The translations under genes and the position numbers were made by a program. The notes beneath the pieces were generated by a model. The model did not search any database and was not told where the DNA came from. It worked only from the letters and a program-made list of their open reading frames with translations. From Aquifex aeolicus VF5 (GTDB lineage: Bacteria > Aquificota > Aquificia > Aquificales > Aquificaceae): a DNA stretch of 32,000 nucleotides. Shown in pieces: positions 17,232 through 25,334 of this stretch. The stretch lies in assembly GCF_000008625.1 (NCBI RefSeq), contig NC_000918.1, positions 360,001 to 392,000 of the forward strand, in the 5' to 3' direction. Numbering within the stretch: position 1 is the first letter of the stretch; the number at the start of each line of letters is the position of its first letter.

Positions 17232-17948
17232 TTAATTTTGAGGGTTGTACTTAACGAGGCGTTTAAGTTCTTTTACTTCTTCTTCCGTCAGTTCTCGCCA
17301 CTCTCCTGGCTCCATATTTTCGTCAAGTCTCAAATTTCCTACCCTCGTTCTCTTTAGGTAAACCACGTTGTGACCTACGGCTTTAAATAATCTCTTCACC
17401 ACGTGATGCCTGCCTTCCGTGAGGATTGCTTTCACGGTATCTCCCGAGAGTTTTTCTGCTTTAACAAGCTGAACAGGTTTTTCCTCGAGTTTCACTTCGT
17501 AGAGCTTTTTTAATTCTTCATCTCCGATATCCCTGTCCAGTCTAACGATGTACTCCTTCTCTACCTTCCACTTAGGGTGGGTGAGTCTGTGGGCGAGCTC
17601 TCCGTCGTCGGTTATTAAGAGTAGTCCCTCTGCGTCCACGTCAAGCCTTCCCGCTGAAAAGAGTTTCCTGCTCGGAAAGTGTTCCCTTATCAGCTCCAGA
17701 AAAGAAGGATATTTCTTGTCTTCTTCTGTTGTGGAAAGATAGCCTTTCGGTTTGTAAAGCATAAGGTAAACGTTCTTTTTAGGTTTTACACTCTTTCCCT
17801 CTACCTCTACCTCTTCTCCCTCTTTTACTCTGTACTCGGCCTGTTTTACGACTTTCCCGCTTACCTTTACTCTTCCCTCTCTTATGAGTTCCTTCGCCTC
17901 CTTTCTCGATATGTGGAGGGACTTGGATAAGTACTTATCAAGTCTCAC
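17232..17948 (-). CDS. rsuA: rRNA pseudouridine synthase, RsuA/RluB family
   Basis: 238 aa with an S4 domain (MRLDKYLSKSLHISRKEAKELI) and the catalytic motif GRLDVDAEGLLLITDDGEL. Confidence 0.85.
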   Translation of the reverse strand: MRLDKYLSKSLHISRKEAKELIREGRVKVSGKVVKQAEYRVKEGEEVEVEGKSVKPKKNVYLMLYKPKGYLSTTEEDKKYPSFLELIREHFPSRKLFSAGRLDVDAEGLLLITDDGELAHRLTHPKWKVEKEYIVRLDRDIGDEELKKLYEVKLEEKPVQLVKAEKLSGDTVKAILTEGRHHVVKRLFKAVGHNVVYLKRTRVGNLRLDENMEPGEWRELTEEEVKELKRLVKYNPQN

Positions 17949-17973
17949 AATTTTTAATATACAATCAAGTTTT

Positions 17974-18687
17974 ATGAGGATTTTTTTACTTTTCCTGTTC
18001 TTCGTTCTGTTTACCTTCGGTGTTGAGGGTTACGTAATAGAGGAGATAAACGGGAGCACGGGTCTTCGCATACACAAGGAGATAAAGAGAAAGGTTTACA
18101 TAACGGAAGACGCCTTGATAACGGAGACGGAAAAGGAATTCATGGTTCAGAAAATAGAAAACGGCCTTCCGAGAATATACAGAGTCATAAAGAGCTCAAA
18201 ATCCTACATGGACTTTTCAAAGATGACGCCTCTTTTCCTTGTGAGTCTGCCTTTTCTTGACTGCAAGCAAAGGGTTTGCGTGGTAAACAGGGGTGCTTTC
18301 AGACCTACAAACGAATACAAAAAGATAAGGGGCTTTAAAGCGAGGAAAGTCGTGGTAGAGTCCCACGCTCTGGGGAAGAAAACGACACTTATTCAGTGGT
18401 ACACGAAAGAATGGAAAGAACTCGTTGAGGCAAACAGACTTGAGGATAAATTTTACGTAAACTTCATAAGGGCGATTATGAAAGAGAAAAACTTAAGCGA
18501 AGCGAACATTCCCTTAAAAGAAATACAAAACTTCCTGAAGGAGATAAACGAAAAGTTCGGTGGGGTGGTAAGGACGCAGCAGCAAATGCCCTTATTTAAC
18601 ACTTATTCCGAAGTTATATCCGTTAAAAAGACTGAAATTCCAGATTACATATACAAACTACCGGAGGGCTACACTAAGATAAAGTAA
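17974..18687 (+). CDS. Hypothetical exported protein (237 aa)
   Basis: The track ORF begins at 17884 inside rsuA. I prefer the ATG at 17974 (MRIFLLFLFFVLFTFGVEG, signal peptide). The stop is 1 nt before the ftsI ATG. Confidence 0.55.
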   Translation: MRIFLLFLFFVLFTFGVEGYVIEEINGSTGLRIHKEIKRKVYITEDALITETEKEFMVQKIENGLPRIYRVIKSSKSYMDFSKMTPLFLVSLPFLDCKQRVCVVNRGAFRPTNEYKKIRGFKARKVVVESHALGKKTTLIQWYTKEWKELVEANRLEDKFYVNFIRAIMKEKNLSEANIPLKEIQNFLKEINEKFGGVVRTQQQMPLFNTYSEVISVKKTEIPDYIYKLPEGYTKIK

Positions 18688-18688
18688 G

Positions 18689-20425
18689 ATGGAATACCTT
18701 CGGGTTTATCAGAAGAGGGAGAGGGTTTTCAAAAGAAGGGTCATACTCTTCGTGATTTTAAGTTTTTTAGCGGTATTACTCCTTTTAGGAAGGATTTTAT
18801 ATATAAACCTTTTTAAGGAAGATGCACTGAAAGGAGCCGTAAAAGACGCAGAAGTAGTTCAGATCCAGACCTACCGCGGGAGCATAAAAACCTCTGACGG
18901 AAAGATCCTTGCACTCAGTTATCCCGTCGCTTACGTCTACGCCAGCAAGTTCTATCGCTTTCGGGATACGGTAAAGAGGGAGAAATTCATTAAGGAATTA
19001 TCAAAATTACTGGGTGTTAGAGAAAGTGTTTTAAGAAAAAGGATAAAGGAAAACGAGAGTAAGACCTTTTTTGAGTTAATAACCTTTCCCGTTCATTTGA
19101 AAGACGAAGTCAGAAAGCTCATAAAGAGTATAGATTACGACGAAGAGAGTAAAGAGTTCACAAAACCTTACCTCAGTTCCTTTGTGGGAGTGGATGAGCG
19201 TTATAAGAGGTACTATCCACACGGGAATTTTGCCTCAAACCTCCTGGGCTTTGTAACGGAAAAGGGCTACGCCGCGGAGGGTATAGAGAGGCTGTTTGAC
19301 GAGTACCTGAGGGGAGGAGAAGAACCGATAAAGTATTTAGTCTATAAGAATAAAGGAATAACGGTTGTGGAGTCTTTAGGAACGCAGATATACACACCGA
19401 AGGACTTAACCCTCTCCATAGACTTCAGAGTTCAAGCACTTCTGGAAGAGGTTAAGAAAAGAATCGTAAAGAAGTGGAGACCTAAAAAAGTAGTCCTCAT
19501 AGTTATGGAAACTTCTACGGGAAAGGTTAGAGGCTACACGACCTATCCCGACTACGATCCAAATAAATACGAACGCTACCCTTACTGGAGGATAAGGAAT
19601 TTCGGAGTGACGGACAGGTTTGAAGTGGGTTCCGTATTCAAGCCCTTTTTAGTAGCGTTCGCTCTGGATAGGAGAAAGATAAGGAAAGACACTCTTATAA
19701 ACATAAACTACGGGAAGATAAAGGTTCATAAGAAGTACGTGAGGGACGTTACACCTTACTTGTGGAAAAAAGAGTACATAACTCCTAGGGAACTCTTAGT
19801 CCACTCCTCTAACGTGGGAGCTATAAGAGTTGGTCTTATGCTAAAGCCGGAAGAGTATTACGAACTATTTAAAACCTTTAAACTTTTACGTTCTCCCGGA
19901 GTTTTAGAAGGGGAAGTTAAACCCTCTATTTCTGATCTGAAGTATAAAGTAAACAGGGCTTACGCTTCGATAGGACAGGGTGTGGCTTTTAACCCCCTTC
20001 ATTTGATAACTTCCTTCAACGCTCTCGTAAACGGAAAGTACGTAAAGCCTTCCTTCGTGGAAGAAGAGAAAACGGAAGCAGAAAAAATTCAAATAAAACC
20101 CTCAACCGTAAAGTGGATCAGGGACGTGCTCATAGAAGTCGTTGAGAAGGGAACAGGAAAAAGGGCTAAGAGCGAGTATTACTTTGCGGGAGGAAAGACT
20201 GGAACAGCTCAGAAGTACGATTCAGCTCTTAAGACGTACTCTAAGGAAAAGCTCGTAACTTACTTCCTCGGATTCTTTCCTTCAGAGCCGAAGTTTACGG
20301 TTCTCATCCTAGTTGACGAGCCCAAGGGAAAAAACCTTTACGGCGGTACTGTAGCTGCTCCATATTTCAAAGAGATTATAGAAAAAATCGGAGTTATTTA
20401 CGGAGTGAAGCGGGATAGAACGTAG
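18689..20425 (+). CDS. ftsI: Class B penicillin-binding protein / peptidoglycan D,D-transpeptidase (FtsI/PBP2-like)
   Basis: 578 aa with an N-terminal TM anchor. The transpeptidase motifs are S-x-x-K (GSVFKP), S-x-N (HSSNVG) and K-T-G (GGKTGTA). Confidence 0.85.
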   Translation: MEYLRVYQKRERVFKRRVILFVILSFLAVLLLLGRILYINLFKEDALKGAVKDAEVVQIQTYRGSIKTSDGKILALSYPVAYVYASKFYRFRDTVKREKFIKELSKLLGVRESVLRKRIKENESKTFFELITFPVHLKDEVRKLIKSIDYDEESKEFTKPYLSSFVGVDERYKRYYPHGNFASNLLGFVTEKGYAAEGIERLFDEYLRGGEEPIKYLVYKNKGITVVESLGTQIYTPKDLTLSIDFRVQALLEEVKKRIVKKWRPKKVVLIVMETSTGKVRGYTTYPDYDPNKYERYPYWRIRNFGVTDRFEVGSVFKPFLVAFALDRRKIRKDTLININYGKIKVHKKYVRDVTPYLWKKEYITPRELLVHSSNVGAIRVGLMLKPEEYYELFKTFKLLRSPGVLEGEVKPSISDLKYKVNRAYASIGQGVAFNPLHLITSFNALVNGKYVKPSFVEEEKTEAEKIQIKPSTVKWIRDVLIEVVEKGTGKRAKSEYYFAGGKTGTAQKYDSALKTYSKEKLVTYFLGFFPSEPKFTVLILVDEPKGKNLYGGTVAAPYFKEIIEKIGVIYGVKRDRT

Positions 20426-21060
20426 TCGGCGAGTCCAGTTCTGATATCTTTTGGTAGTTCAACATCTTGAATTCTGGGAACTTTGTAAGGTTTTATCCCC
20501 GTCATTTCTTCTATTATTTGAGGGTTTGTTCTCTCCGAGACGTCCTCACCCGTAAAGCCGTTCAGGATTATTCCGATGACCTCAAGCCCTGTGGCTTTTG
20601 CATAGTACCACGTCAGGAAGGTGTGATTTATCGTTCCGAGTCCTGCTCTACCGACAATTAGAACTTTCAGTTTCCAGTCCCTTGCAAGATTTGCGTAAGT
20701 GTAATTTTTCTTTATCGGAACCGCTATACCGCCCGCTCCTTCAACGAGGAGAAATTTGTACTTTTTGGAGAGTTCTTCGTAATGCTTTCCTAATTCTTCC
20801 AATGCAAAGTCCCTGCCTTCCTCGAGGGTAGCCGCATAGGGAGCTAAGGGAAGGGAAAAGCGAACGGGAACAATCTCGTTAACACTCTGTCCCGTTGCCT
20901 TTGAAAGGAGTGAGCCGTCTTCCGGAACTTCCCTTACGTAAGTCTCTACCGGCTTGAGACACCCGACTTTGTAACCTCTTTCCTTTAACTCCTTTGCAAG
21001 GTTGTAAGTTATAAAGGTCTTTCCTACTCCCGTGTCCGTTCCGGTGATAAGGAGTCTCAT
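20398..21060 (-). CDS. bioD: Dethiobiotin synthetase
   Basis: 220 aa with the P-loop ITGTDTGVGKT at the N-terminus. The start overlaps the thiE stop as ATGA. Confidence 0.9.
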   Translation of the reverse strand: MRLLITGTDTGVGKTFITYNLAKELKERGYKVGCLKPVETYVREVPEDGSLLSKATGQSVNEIVPVRFSLPLAPYAATLEEGRDFALEELGKHYEELSKKYKFLLVEGAGGIAVPIKKNYTYANLARDWKLKVLIVGRAGLGTINHTFLTWYYAKATGLEVIGIILNGFTGEDVSERTNPQIIEEMTGIKPYKVPRIQDVELPKDIRTGLADYVLSRFTP

Positions 21061-21704
21061 ACCTTACCCATCAGCATCAGCATTCTCAGGGTTTCCTGGT
21101 AAGCCCTCTTTATGGATTCTGCTGCCTTTTTGACGTCCGCAAACCCGAGAATTCCTGAGGAAACCGCTATATTTCTGCACCCTGCTCTTACCACTTCAGG
21201 AACTCTGTACGGCATTATTCCGCCTATGCAAACTATGGGTTTCTGGGAGATCTTCACGGCTTCCTTCAGGGCTTCTACACCCACGAGTTTGTAGTTTTCC
21301 TTCGTAGACGTGTGGTATATGGAACCAAAACCTATGTAGTCTACGGGAAGTTCCTGCGCCCTCTTGACCTCTTCAAGACTGTTTGCGGTGTATCCTATGT
21401 ACATCTTATCTCCCACTATTTTCCTTACCACTTCGGGGGGAAGGTCGTCTTTCCCTATGTGGACGCCGTCCGCCTCTACCGCGAGTGCCAAGTCTACCCT
21501 GTCGTTTACCACGAGGTCCGCGTTGTACTTTCTGGTGAGCTCTCTGAGTTTTACGAGTTCCTCGTACATCTGTCTCGTGGTTTTGTTTTCAAACCTGTAC
21601 TGAACTGCGGTAACACCGCCCTGAAGTGCTTGCTCTATAGTATTGAAAAGGTCTCTGTCCTTGAAGTACTTGTCGTCAGTAATCAGGTATATGGTTAAGT
21701 TCAT
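21057..21704 (-). CDS. thiE: Thiamine-phosphate synthase
   Basis: 215 aa. Motifs are YLITD, AVQYRFENK, VNDRVDLA, GVHIGKDD, GFGSIYHTSTK and VCIGGI. Confidence 0.9.
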   Translation of the reverse strand: MNLTIYLITDDKYFKDRDLFNTIEQALQGGVTAVQYRFENKTTRQMYEELVKLRELTRKYNADLVVNDRVDLALAVEADGVHIGKDDLPPEVVRKIVGDKMYIGYTANSLEEVKRAQELPVDYIGFGSIYHTSTKENYKLVGVEALKEAVKISQKPIVCIGGIMPYRVPEVVRAGCRNIAVSSGILGFADVKKAAESIKRAYQETLRMLMLMGKV

Positions 21705-21741
21705 TGGCTACCTCCAGAAATTTTTCAGTGATTTAAATATA

Positions 21742-23304
21742 TCACTTAAAGGCTTCAACGAGTTCTTTAGCACCTTCCAGAGTCTTTTCACTCTTCATAC
21801 CCATCAGTCTCGCAACCTCTTCTACTTTTTCCTCTTCCGAGAGTTCCCTCACTACTATGTATGGTATATCTCCGAGGAACTTCTTTTCGGTTTTGAAGTT
21901 CTTGTCTCCCGCTGCACAAAGGGGTGCGGAGTGGGTTATGACTATCACTTGCATCTTTTTAGAGAGTTCCTTTAAGAATTTAGCTACTTTAAAGGAAGTC
22001 TCACCGCTTATCCCGGCGTCCACCTCGTCAAAAACGTAAGTCTCGCTCGCGGGAAGGATTAAGGAAAGTGCAAGGAAAAGACGCGAAAGTTCGCCGCCGG
22101 AGGCAACCTCTTCAAGAGGTTTAAAGTCCTTTCCGTAGGAGGAGAACAAAAACTCTATTTTGTCCTTTCCGTACTTCGTGGGTTCACTCTCTTTAATTTC
22201 CACTTTGAGCTTTGCCCTCTCTAAGTTTAATTCTTTCAGTATTTCCTCAATCCTTTCCTCAAGGTCCTCCGCTTTTTTCCTTCTATCTCTTGAAACTTCT
22301 TCCGCGAGCTTGTCATACTCCTCCCTTAACTTTTCTACTTCTTCCCTTAACTCCTCCTCCTTGAAATCCACAGAATTCAAGTTTGATAATTCTTCTTTGA
22401 TTTCCTCAACTTCTTTTAAGATTTCTGGAAATGATTTTTTGTACTTCTCTTCAAGTCTCTGGATTCTGAAGAGTTTTTCGTTAATTTCGTTTACTTCTTC
22501 CTCAGAGATTTCAGGCATTTCCTCCTTCAGGGAGTTGTAGAGTTCGTAAACTTCCTCTTCAAGGTTTGCTATTTTTTCTATCAATTCCGAAAATTTACCT
22601 GAATAACTTTCTACCTTTGCGAGATTTTTCCTGATTTCTCCGAGAATTTCGTAAACGGAGTTTTCACCCTCGAGGAGTTTATATAGACTTTCTCCTACCG
22701 CCTTTTTGACTTTTTCGAGGTTGTTTATTAAATTCGCTTTATTCTTCAGCTCTTCGTACTCTTCAGAGCTTATTCCTATCTCTTCAACCTCCCTTACTCT
22801 GAACTCAAGGTAGTCCTTTTTCTGGATTAATTCCTCTTTTTTCCTCAAAAACTCGAAGAGTTCCTGTTCCTTTTTCCTCAGTGAGTTGTAAACTTTTTCA
22901 AGTTCTTTTACTTTATCGTTCAAGTTTGCAAAGGTGTCAAGGAGTTTCCTCTGGAAGTCTTCCCTGAATAGGTTTATAAACTCGTTCTGTCCCTGAAGGG
23001 AAATCTTTCCTTCTAAGAGTTCCAGAACCGTGCTCTTTGAAGCTCCCTTTCCGTTGACGTAGTACCTGCTCCTTCCCTTCTTTACCTCTCTTCTTAGGAT
23101 TATTTCTTCTTCACCGAGAAGTTCAAGCTCTACCGCAGTTCCCTCGGGGTAATCGCCTTGTTTTCCCATGAGGAACTCTATTGCGGATATGGTCATGGAC
23201 TTTCCTGTTCCCGTTTCTCCTGTTATGACATTGAGCCCCCTTTCAAACTCCACTTCCACGTCTCTGATAAAGAAGAAGTTCTGGATGTAGAGCCTTCCGA
23301 GCAT
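21742..23304 (-). CDS. recN: DNA repair protein RecN (SMC-like ATPase)
   Basis: 520 aa. It has Walker A GETGTGKS, a long Glu/Lys-rich coiled coil, the signature ASGGELSR and Walker B VFDEVDAG. Confidence 0.9.
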   Translation of the reverse strand: MLGRLYIQNFFFIRDVEVEFERGLNVITGETGTGKSMTISAIEFLMGKQGDYPEGTAVELELLGEEEIILRREVKKGRSRYYVNGKGASKSTVLELLEGKISLQGQNEFINLFREDFQRKLLDTFANLNDKVKELEKVYNSLRKKEQELFEFLRKKEELIQKKDYLEFRVREVEEIGISSEEYEELKNKANLINNLEKVKKAVGESLYKLLEGENSVYEILGEIRKNLAKVESYSGKFSELIEKIANLEEEVYELYNSLKEEMPEISEEEVNEINEKLFRIQRLEEKYKKSFPEILKEVEEIKEELSNLNSVDFKEEELREEVEKLREEYDKLAEEVSRDRRKKAEDLEERIEEILKELNLERAKLKVEIKESEPTKYGKDKIEFLFSSYGKDFKPLEEVASGGELSRLFLALSLILPASETYVFDEVDAGISGETSFKVAKFLKELSKKMQVIVITHSAPLCAAGDKNFKTEKKFLGDIPYIVVRELSEEEKVEEVARLMGMKSEKTLEGAKELVEAFK

Positions 23305-23314
23305 GGTGTTTGAG

Positions 23315-23386
23315 AGCCGGCGGTGGGATTCGAACCCACGACCTCAGGCTTACGAAGCCCGCGCTCTACCGCTGAGCTACGCCGGC
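23315..23386 (-). tRNA. tRNA-Thr (anticodon CGU), no encoded 3' CCA
   Basis: I hand-folded the reverse complement. The segments are GCCGGCG / UA / GCUC-AGCGGUA-GAGC / G / CGGGC-UUCGUAA-GCCUG / AGGUC / GUGGG-UUCGAAU-CCCAC / CGCCGGC / U73. All four stems pair, and U8, GG in the D loop and the TPsiC-like loop UUCGAAU are present. The anticodon loop is UU-CGU-AA. Confidence 0.9.
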
Positions 23387-23396
23387 TGAGTATATT

Positions 23397-23425
23397 AATT
23401 TAAACATTCATAATTTCCTTTTCAA
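23397..23425 (-). promoter_or_regulatory. Putative sigma-70-type promoter for tRNA-Thr (and possibly recN)
   Basis: On the minus strand, TTGAAA lies at 23425-23420 and TAAATT at 23402-23397, separated by a 17-nt spacer. The -10 element ends 10 nt before tRNA base 1. Confidence 0.35.
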
Positions 23426-23467
23426 CACCTGAAAAATTCGGGAAATAATTTAAAGTATTAAATTATT

Positions 23468-25324
23468 GTGAGACACAATTTATTGTTAAAACTCCTCGCT
23501 CTTTGGGGAGTATCCCTTACGATCCTACTCGTATTCGCCCTTATCTTTATAAGAAAGTCCACCTTGAAACCTGCAAAAGACAGGGCTTTAACCACGGCAC
23601 AACTCGTGAGGGATGCCCTCACCACTCTTATGGTTTCAAACGCTATGGACAAAAGGGAAATTTTCTTAGAGGAAATTAAAAAGGTTCAAGGACTCAAAGA
23701 AATTCGCGTAATAAGGGGGGAGGCTGTAGTAAAGCAGTACGGTCCGGGACTTTACTCGGAAAGACCAAAAGATCCTCTGGAAAAGGAAGTTCTCGCCACG
23801 GGCAAGGTAAAGGAGGAAATTCTGGAGGATATTAACAGAGTTTTGTACAGGGTTATAATACCTTACAAGGCGGAGCCTTCACCCATTTTAAACTGTATGC
23901 AGTGCCACAAAGTAAAGCCCGGAGAGGTTCTCGGAGCTGTCTCCATTACGATGGATCTAACTCCTTACAGGAATTTCGGCTTTTTCATTTTCTTCAGTCT
24001 CGGTGCTATAGCCCTCACGGTGGCTTTCATTACTTTCCTTATCGTTTACGGAAACATCAAGAACGTCAGCACATTTATAGACGAACTGGACAAAGTCTTT
24101 TCGGCTTTTGAAAAGGGGATATTCTACGAAAGGCTCAGTTTGGAAACCTTAAAAGGTGAGATAAAAGATTTCGGAAAGAAGATTAATAAAGTACTGGACA
24201 TACTTGACAACGCCTTTAAGGATATAAGGGAAAAGGTTTACGCACTCCTTGGATACTCAATCATGGAAACGGAAAACGAACTGAGGGACACCGAGAAAGT
24301 AATAGACGAGCTCGTGAGGATTTCTCAGTTCAAGAGAACGATAGAACTGGACAACTCCCTTGAAGAGGTTTACAAGAGGCTTGAGAGCGTTCTTTCTAAC
24401 TACATGAGTCTAGATAAGTTCTCTATATACGAAGTGACCGACGACAACAGGATTAAAAAGGTTGCCGTACACGGAAGAGAACTCTGGTGTTCGGAAATCA
24501 TACTGAAAGACGCAAACGAGTGCAGGGCAAAGAGAACGGGGCAGGACGTGGACTCAGAAGAGTTCGAGTGTGTATGTCCAAACTTTGCGTACTGCGCTAA
24601 CGAAAACTCCAATAAAAAGTACTGTTACTACTGCATACCTGTTAACGTAGGAGGAAAAATAGGAAACGTGGTTCAATTGGTTTATGAAAGGGAATTGAAG
24701 GACTTCGTGAAGCTCCTCATTCCTTACATAAAAGGGTACTTAAGGGAAGCGACTCCCGTTATAGAGTCCAAGAAATTAATGGAAAAGCTCAAGATGCAGT
24801 CTTACATAGACGGGCTTACCGGGGCTTTTAACAGGCGCTTTCTGGAAGAAATAGCGGACAAAATAGTGGCTCAAACTCTGAGGAGAAACTCAAACCTCGG
24901 CATACTTATGATAGACGTTGATTTCTTTAAGCAGGTGAACGACACATACGGACACGACGCGGGTGATGAGGTCCTGAGACAAATAGCAAGGGTAATAAAG
25001 GATAACATCAGGAAGGCGGATTACTTGATAAGGTACGGAGGAGAAGAATTTTTGGTTCTCCTTACAGATGTAAAGGAAGGTTACGCTGAGAAGGTAGCAG
25101 AGAAGCTCAGGAAAATAATTGAAGAAACGCCGATAACACTTCCCAACTGTCAGACTATCAGGAAAACAGTAAGCATAGGGATATCCGAATTTCCAAAAGA
25201 TTGCGAAGGAAAGTTCTGGAAGTGTGTTAAATTTGCAGACGTTGCCCTCTACAAGGCTAAGGAAGAGGGGAGGAACAGGGTGGTCCGCTTCAAGCCCGAA
25301 ATGTGGCAGGAGAAGGAGTATTAA
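23468..25324 (+). CDS. Membrane-bound sensor diguanylate cyclase: periplasmic CxxCH (heme-c, DUF3365/Tll0287-like) module, TM, Cys-rich GAF-like module, GGDEF domain
   Basis: 618 aa with a GTG start. TM1 is LLALWGVSLTILLVFALIFI. CMQCH lies at 23894-23908 and TM2 at about 23975-24052. The GGDEF domain has an active-site GGEEF and an RxxD I-site (RKAD) 5 residues upstream, plus DVDFFKQVNDTYGHDAGD. Confidence 0.85.
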   Translation: MRHNLLLKLLALWGVSLTILLVFALIFIRKSTLKPAKDRALTTAQLVRDALTTLMVSNAMDKREIFLEEIKKVQGLKEIRVIRGEAVVKQYGPGLYSERPKDPLEKEVLATGKVKEEILEDINRVLYRVIIPYKAEPSPILNCMQCHKVKPGEVLGAVSITMDLTPYRNFGFFIFFSLGAIALTVAFITFLIVYGNIKNVSTFIDELDKVFSAFEKGIFYERLSLETLKGEIKDFGKKINKVLDILDNAFKDIREKVYALLGYSIMETENELRDTEKVIDELVRISQFKRTIELDNSLEEVYKRLESVLSNYMSLDKFSIYEVTDDNRIKKVAVHGRELWCSEIILKDANECRAKRTGQDVDSEEFECVCPNFAYCANENSNKKYCYYCIPVNVGGKIGNVVQLVYERELKDFVKLLIPYIKGYLREATPVIESKKLMEKLKMQSYIDGLTGAFNRRFLEEIADKIVAQTLRRNSNLGILMIDVDFFKQVNDTYGHDAGDEVLRQIARVIKDNIRKADYLIRYGGEEFLVLLTDVKEGYAEKVAEKLRKIIEETPITLPNCQTIRKTVSIGISEFPKDCEGKFWKCVKFADVALYKAKEEGRNRVVRFKPEMWQEKEY

Positions 25325-25334
25325 AATAATCCCG

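Noticed and set aside
21705-21741. Possible TPP riboswitch upstream of thiE, or a biotin operator upstream of bioD
   Set aside because: Only 37 nt separate the thiE start from the recN stop, which is far too short for a roughly 100-nt TPP aptamer. bioD overlaps the thiE stop, so it has no upstream region of its own.
23315-23386. tRNA-Thr as an integration hotspot marking a genomic island
   Set aside because: Both flanks are housekeeping or signalling genes (recN and a GGDEF cyclase). No integrase is present, and reading the window I noticed no partial duplicate of the tRNA 3' half. I could not search exhaustively for such a duplicate.
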